Origin: an uncultured Candidatus Sumerlaeota bacterium
GTDB taxonomy: Bacteria; Sumerlaeota; Sumerlaeia; UBA8349
Length of the DNA: 64,000 nucleotides
Direction of reading: 5' to 3'
NCBI GenBank assembly: GCA_942493245.1
Contig: OW818685.1
Span: 3,452,389-3,516,388, forward strand
Below are positions 58,801 to 64,000 of the stretch, piece after piece. The notes beneath the pieces were generated by a model. The model saw nothing but the letters and a program-made list of their open reading frames with translations, was not told where the DNA came from and ran no database searches. The position numbers and the translations under genes are program-made. How positions within the stretch are numbered: position 1 is the stretch's first letter; each line of letters begins with the position of its first letter.

Positions 58801-60312
58801 ATGAAACGTATGTGTATCGCCAGTTGTTGCGCCATTCTGTTGTTGTTCGTGTGTGGACTTTCCATTCAGGCCGCCGACGAGAAAAAGTACGAGGCCAACT
58901 GGGAATCGCTCGACAAGCGGCCCATGCCCGAGTGGTACCCGGACGCCAAGTTCGGGATTTTCATCCACTGGGGCACTTACTCCGTGCCCAGCTGGGGCGA
59001 GCGTGACCAGTACGCCGAGTGGTACTGGAATTATGCGTTCGAAGCCGACGGCAAGACTTTGAAAAACAACACGTGGGGAAACTTCCACAAGAAGAACTAC
59101 GGCGCGGACTTTCCGTATCAGAACTTTGCGGCGATGTTCAAGGCCGAGCTGTTCAACCCGGAGGAATGGGCCGACATCTTCCAGCGCTCGGGCGCAAAAT
59201 ATATCGCCCTGACCTCGAAACACCACGAAGGTTTCTGCCTCTGGCCCAACGAACAGGCCAGCAAGACCTGGGGCCGTCCCTGGAACAGCGTCGAGACCGG
59301 TCCGCATCGCGACCTCGCGGGCGACCTGACTCAGGCCGTGCGGGCCAAGGGACTCAAGATGGGCTTCTACTACTCCCTCTACGAGTGGTTCAACCCCCTC
59401 TGGCTCACCGACAAGAAGCGCTATGTGGACGAACACATGACGCCTCAGTTCAAAGATCTCGTCACAAAATACAAGCCCTCGATCATCTTCAGCGACGGCG
59501 AGTGGGACCTGCCCTCGTCCGAGTGGAAAAGCCCGGAACTCCTGGCGTGGCTCTTCAACGAATCGCCCTGCCGCGACGAAGTGGTGGTGGACGACCGCTG
59601 GGGCAAGGACACCCGCCACAAACACGGCAGCTACTACACGACCGAGTACGGCGCGGGGCTGCCCGACGCCAAGAATTTCTGGGAGGAAAACCGCGGCATG
59701 GGCTTCTCCTACGGCTTCAACCGCAACGAGCCGCTGAGCAACTACCGCACGGGCCACGAGCTGGTCTGGATGTTCGCCGACCTGGTGAGCCGCGGCGGCA
59801 ACCTCCTGCTCAACATCGGGCCGACCGGCGACGGGCGCATCCCGGTCATCATGCAGGACCGCCTGCTCTACCTGGGCGACTGGCTCAAGGTCAACGGCGA
59901 GGCGATCTACGGCACCCGCACGTGGAAAAAAACCAATCAGTGGACCCCGGGCGAAATGCCCAAACAGGAACACGGCGAGTTCAAGGTGAAGTACTCGATC
60001 CTGGAGACGGCGGGCCTGAAACCGCGCGCGGACAAGGATGGGAAACAATGGGCCGTCAAGAACGTCTTCTTCACCTTCAAGCCAAAGGAAAAAACCCTCT
60101 TCGCGATCACGCCCGGATGGCCGAAGAACGAACTCGCCCTCGAAGGAGTGAAAGCCACCCCGGACAAAACCGTTGTGACGCTGCTCGGGCGCGACGGCGA
60201 GATGAAGTGGGAAACCAGGGACGGCAACCTGGTCATTCAGGTTCCCCCGCTGACCGTGGATGAACTCCCCTGCCGCGACGCCTTCGCGTTCAAGATCACG
60301 AACGTGGAATAA
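58801..60312 (+). CDS. alpha-L-fucosidase (GH29), secreted
   Basis: Signal peptide from the ATG at 58801 (MKRMCIASCCAILLLFVCGLSIQA); GH29 motifs ..FGIFIHWGTYSVP.., ..YIALTSKHHEGFCLWP.. Confidence 0.85.
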   Translation: MKRMCIASCCAILLLFVCGLSIQAADEKKYEANWESLDKRPMPEWYPDAKFGIFIHWGTYSVPSWGERDQYAEWYWNYAFEADGKTLKNNTWGNFHKKNYGADFPYQNFAAMFKAELFNPEEWADIFQRSGAKYIALTSKHHEGFCLWPNEQASKTWGRPWNSVETGPHRDLAGDLTQAVRAKGLKMGFYYSLYEWFNPLWLTDKKRYVDEHMTPQFKDLVTKYKPSIIFSDGEWDLPSSEWKSPELLAWLFNESPCRDEVVVDDRWGKDTRHKHGSYYTTEYGAGLPDAKNFWEENRGMGFSYGFNRNEPLSNYRTGHELVWMFADLVSRGGNLLLNIGPTGDGRIPVIMQDRLLYLGDWLKVNGEAIYGTRTWKKTNQWTPGEMPKQEHGEFKVKYSILETAGLKPRADKDGKQWAVKNVFFTFKPKEKTLFAITPGWPKNELALEGVKATPDKTVVTLLGRDGEMKWETRDGNLVIQVPPLTVDELPCRDAFAFKITNVE

Positions 60313-60344
60313 ACGAAAGAGGCGAACGTCAATACCTTCGGAAC

Positions 60345-60394
60345 AAAAGATCTACGGCCCCACCCGCAATCGCGGATGGGGCCGTAGATCTTTT
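60345..60394. terminator. bidirectional rho-independent terminator between convergent genes
   Basis: AAAAGATCTACGGCCCCA-loop-TGGGGCCGTAGATCTTTT: a perfect 18-bp stem with an A-run on one side and a T-run on the other. Confidence 0.65.
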
Positions 60395-60588
60395 ACCTGG
60401 CTATCGGTCAGACCCAATCAGACCCAGTCGCAATCGCCAAGCCCGCAAAAACGCGGAGCACTACTCTTTTCTGCCGCAAAATGAACAAGGGACATCGCCA
60501 GAATTTTGTAGTGGGTCTCCCGATTTGAACAATCCCCTGATCGGCCCATACGGACAAACCCGGGGATAGAAAACACGGGGACAAACAT

Positions 60589-62295
60589 CTATTTGAGGGT
60601 GGCCTTGCGGGCACCGGATTGAACCAGGGCGCCCTGGTCGTTGAGGACGTGCTTGATACCACCGTCACCGTTGAGATGAATACTGGTGAGGTGGTGCAAG
60701 CGGATGCCATCCCCGGTGGGCGTTTCGATGGCGCAATCGGCCCAGATGGACTGGCGCTGGTTGAAGTAGCAATAGACGCCGAGACCCCAGGCTTCGTGAC
60801 GTTTTACGTTGTCGCCCACCTTGTAGGACGCAAAACCGTTGACCTCGCCATGCTTCCAGGCGTCCTGGCTGGGGACGTCGTAGGGCATTTCGGACTGGTA
60901 GAAATAGACACGGCCGTTTTCGCCGTTCCAGACGGTCTGGTAACCCTGGGTGTGTTCCGCAAAGAGGCCGTAGAGGGTGACATCGCGTCCGTTGACCACG
61001 AGGGCGTGTTCATTCGTGTTTTTATTCCAACCAACGCCCTTGCCATGATCGGCGCGCCAGAGCCAGAGGTTTTCGCCGATGACATTGTTGGAATCAAGGG
61101 TGACCATGCAGTCGGCCTTGCCTTCCCTGGCGCCGCCGATACGAATGAAGATATCGTAGAGGCAGGTGGGATTTTCGGCATGGGAGAGGGTACTGCCCGC
61201 CTTGCCGACCTGGAGAACGGTCCGAGTGTTCTGACTCGTGGCATCGAAGAGAATGCCGCCGATCTTCACCCCATCAACATCGGCGACGTCTATGGCCGGG
61301 GTTCCCCCTTCGGGCATGAGGGTCGCGTACCCGATGCCCAGAACCACGGTGTTGGGTCGGGTGACCAGGAGAGATTCGCTGAGAGAATAGAGGCCGGGGG
61401 TGAGGAGGAGATGCTTGCCGGCCTTGAGGGCGGTGTTGATCGTGGCGGCGGTGTCCCGGTCAGCCCGGGCGACGTAGAACTGGTTCAGGGGGATCGTCTT
61501 CCCTGGAGTCGGACCTTTCTCCCAGGAGACGCCGGAAGTGTCTTTCCGAAGATCGGGCACCAGGACGGCGTACTGGCCATCCTCGAACATCAGGTAGGGC
61601 TTCCCGCTGACAAGGGGGGCCTTGTCCACGACGGTGTAGGGCGGCTCAGGAAAACTGTCGGCGGGAGCGCCTTCGCAACCGACAAAAACCTGGTTCCAGT
61701 TCCATTTGTTCCACTTTTCAAATTTCGAATTGTGGGCGAGCCATTGCTGCTGGGAACCGGAATTGACCTCTCCGTCTATTTTGCAGTCGGAGAAAAAACC
61801 GCCGCTGGACCAGCCGTCCTCGGCGAGGGTGAGGCTGTGGGCGATGTGGAGGCGGCGCATTTCGGTTCCCTGAGACACGGCGAAGAGCATTCCCGTCTCG
61901 TTACGGGCGTAGAAGTTCTCCACGGCGCGCCAGAAGTTACAGGTGGCGTTATAACGCATCCACCGGGCGCTGGCGGTAATCTTGCCGGTGATGACGGTGT
62001 CATCGGGATTTCGGCCAAGGCCGGAGACCTGCATGTAGAATCCGACGTAAACGGGGACATCGTAGGTGCCGGGTTTGAAGAGCACGGCGTAGCGTTCAGA
62101 GCCGAACTGGTTGGCTTCCATTTTGGCAGAAATGGGAGCGAGCTGGGCCTGGATGTCGGCGGCGGAGGCCGTGGCGTCGAAAATAAGGACGTTGGGACCG
62201 AAATCAGGGGTACCGGGTGTCGGGTCAGCCGCCTGAATCAAGGAACCGTTGATGGCCGCAAGAATAAGGAGCAGGGGGAGCGCGAATCGTTTCAT
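60589..62295 (-). CDS. secreted right-handed beta-helix (pectin-lyase-fold) protein, putative glycan-active enzyme
   Basis: Signal peptide; 568 aa rich in Gly/Asn/Trp with repeated beta-strand-like segments. The family assignment is tentative. Confidence 0.5.
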   Translation of the reverse strand: MKRFALPLLLILAAINGSLIQAADPTPGTPDFGPNVLIFDATASAADIQAQLAPISAKMEANQFGSERYAVLFKPGTYDVPVYVGFYMQVSGLGRNPDDTVITGKITASARWMRYNATCNFWRAVENFYARNETGMLFAVSQGTEMRRLHIAHSLTLAEDGWSSGGFFSDCKIDGEVNSGSQQQWLAHNSKFEKWNKWNWNQVFVGCEGAPADSFPEPPYTVVDKAPLVSGKPYLMFEDGQYAVLVPDLRKDTSGVSWEKGPTPGKTIPLNQFYVARADRDTAATINTALKAGKHLLLTPGLYSLSESLLVTRPNTVVLGIGYATLMPEGGTPAIDVADVDGVKIGGILFDATSQNTRTVLQVGKAGSTLSHAENPTCLYDIFIRIGGAREGKADCMVTLDSNNVIGENLWLWRADHGKGVGWNKNTNEHALVVNGRDVTLYGLFAEHTQGYQTVWNGENGRVYFYQSEMPYDVPSQDAWKHGEVNGFASYKVGDNVKRHEAWGLGVYCYFNQRQSIWADCAIETPTGDGIRLHHLTSIHLNGDGGIKHVLNDQGALVQSGARKATLK

Positions 62296-62417
62296 TTATC
62301 CCTCCTTCAAGTTGTTGCCGGATTCCACAACTTCCAGAAACAGTCGAATAGAACCGACCTCCGCACGGAATTGGGGACTTGTCAATAGCTGTCCCTTGAT
62401 TTGCCCCCGACAGAGAC

Positions 62418-62885
62418 CTACTCCAGAATACTCAGCAGTTTGCGGATGAGCACGCCCAACAGGGCTTTGTCCGTGGGCGGCTTTACGACCTTCCAGGCCA
62501 GATTTCCGTCCGCCATGAGCTGAATCTTGAAGTGGGTCTGCAGAGCCAGAAGCAACCCTCCGGCCAGAAGCATACTGCCCGCGAGGCCCGATTCCGCTTT
62601 CGCCGGGGCAGGAGTGTCCAGCAGCGCTTGCAACACTTCGCCGAAATGCTTCTCCTCAGAGAGCACGACCAGCGCAGCGCGCGCGGCCGCGCCATCGCTG
62701 GGTTCAGCCTGACGCCCCTTGACTTCAGGCAGCGACAGCGAGGTCAAAATCTCCCGCAGCAAGGCCGTTTCCGGCGCCAGCGGCTCACCCATCGCTTTGT
62801 AATGTGCGCCAGCCACGCTCAACAACAACCGTATCGCCAGGGCATCGCTGAGCGCCGCAATCCGGTCCTCAATTGAAGGTTCCAT
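62418..62885 (-). CDS. hypothetical protein
   Basis: 155-aa ORF with coding-like composition and no recognisable motif. Confidence 0.4.
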   Translation of the reverse strand: MEPSIEDRIAALSDALAIRLLLSVAGAHYKAMGEPLAPETALLREILTSLSLPEVKGRQAEPSDGAAARAALVVLSEEKHFGEVLQALLDTPAPAKAESGLAGSMLLAGGLLLALQTHFKIQLMADGNLAWKVVKPPTDKALLGVLIRKLLSILE

Positions 62886-63026
62886 CGCTTCACTCCCTGG
62901 ACGTATTATGCTTCATTCCCCTCGGGAAACGGGGCAAGGTTAAAATTTGAAATGGAGTACCGTCACTCTCAATTCGTTCTTGTTTGCGGCTTGCCCTCTG
63001 TTTCCGTCCTCACTTCAGCCAGCCGT

Positions 63027-63641
63027 TCACTCTCCCGTCCCGTTCCCCGCATTCCCTTCTTTCACCCGCAGTTCCCAGCGATGCAGCGCCAGATATTCAG
63101 GGCCTTCCGGCTTTAGATCGCTGCTGTAAAGCGTCACATGATCCACCAGCCCCAACCCGACCGACGCATCGCGGTGGCTTTCCACCACATCCATCAGCGC
63201 CGACGCGCCCCGCAACGCTTTGATGCGCGCCAGCGTCAGATGCGGGTGGAACTCCCGCATCTCCGGCTCGAATCCCGCCCGCACCAACGCATCGTCCAGA
63301 CGCGCAGCCAGCTGCACGATCTGACGCTTCCCCTGGTTCGCCCCCACCCACAACACCTTCGGCTCGCGCGGATTCGGAAACACGCCAAGCCGTTCCACGC
63401 TCAGGTCAAACGCTGGAAAACTCCCGATGCCCGCCTCGACACACCGGATAATCTCCGGCACGCGCCCCGCGTCCACCGCGCCCAGAAACTTCATCGTGAT
63501 GTGCAACTGGGACGCATCCACCCACTTCGGGAAACTCTGGGTGAAAAGCGTCCCCTTCTGCAAACGTCCGATCAGATCGAGCGCCCGCCTCTGTTGCTCT
63601 TCCACCAGATCCACCGCCAGAAACAATCGCAGTATCCCCAT
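63027..63641 (-). CDS. thpR: RNA 2',3'-cyclic phosphodiesterase (2H phosphoesterase, LigT/ThpR family)
   Basis: Two H-x-T/S-x motifs, HITMKFLG and HPHLTLAR, at the characteristic spacing. Confidence 0.8.
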   Translation of the reverse strand: MGILRLFLAVDLVEEQQRRALDLIGRLQKGTLFTQSFPKWVDASQLHITMKFLGAVDAGRVPEIIRCVEAGIGSFPAFDLSVERLGVFPNPREPKVLWVGANQGKRQIVQLAARLDDALVRAGFEPEMREFHPHLTLARIKALRGASALMDVVESHRDASVGLGLVDHVTLYSSDLKPEGPEYLALHRWELRVKEGNAGNGTGE

Positions 63642-63820
63642 CGTCCCTCCCCCTTCGCGATTCCGCTGAACCGCATGAAACCGCTATTGACCACCGAAAA
63701 ACAGGAAAGACACGAAAACCGCTCATTTTGCGTCATTCCGTGTCTTCCGGTGGTCCTATTTCTTCTTTTTTCGTGTGTTTCGTGTCTTTCGTGGTTCTAC
63801 GTTGTTTCTTTCCACCTCTT

Positions 63821-64000
63821 TTAATACGCCCGCGCAAACAGCACGCGGTACTTCGCCGGCTGACCCGACACCAGATCCTTGAGCCCCTCGGTCGGCTCGC
63901 TTCCTTCGAGGGGAATATTGCGGATCGTCGCCTTCGTCGCTTCCTTGACCTTTTCCTCGGTCTCGGGCGAACCATCCCAGCCGGCCCACACAAAGCCCCG
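63821..64000 (-). CDS. proS: prolyl-tRNA synthetase, C-terminal fragment (gene continues beyond the window end)
   Basis: Minus-strand translation ...WAGWDGSPETEEKVKEATKATIRNIPLEGSEPTEGLKDLVSGQPAKYRVLFARAY*, the conserved C-terminus of ProRS. Confidence 0.7.
   Translation of the reverse strand, partial: RGFVWAGWDGSPETEEKVKEATKATIRNIPLEGSEPTEGLKDLVSGQPAKYRVLFARAY

Noticed and set aside
60619-62388. 589-aa ORF on the plus strand
   Set aside because: Antisense shadow of the beta-helix protein gene.

Overview
High-GC (about 60%+) bacterial chromosomal segment with roughly 45 protein-coding genes, no rRNA, tRNA or CRISPR array that I could support. The gene content (several secreted glycoside hydrolases, a Tat-signal Gfo/Idh/MocA oxidoreductase, type III glutamine synthetase, a histone-H1-like DUF4912 protein) suggests a PVC-superphylum-like polysaccharide degrader, but that is inference only. 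Housekeeping genes include panD, pyrG, rnhB, pilT, accD, uvrA, malQ, hemL, hemB and the 3' end of proS. There is an LPS operon (kdsC, lpxL-like, lptC-like, lptA-like), a Wzm/Wzt ABC polysaccharide exporter with a GT2-kinase-like fusion gene, and a siroheme-route heme cluster. Two insertion sequences are present: an IS3-family element whose orfA/orfB junction is an A9 tract in a +1 (not -1) frame arrangement, and an IS1380/IS4-like element with long imperfect terminal inverted repeats. The stand-out feature is a 1,117-aa single-gene candidate sensor at 6244..9594 with the architecture cysteine-type LRR - Roc GTPase - COR - C-terminal SEFIR (TIR-superfamily) domain; its LRR portion is conspicuously AT-rich and internally duplicated. 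I read this as a ROCO/NLR-like candidate immune or abortive-infection protein that, to my knowledge, has not been characterised. All calls rest on reading the six-frame translations and the DNA by eye; no database search was run.
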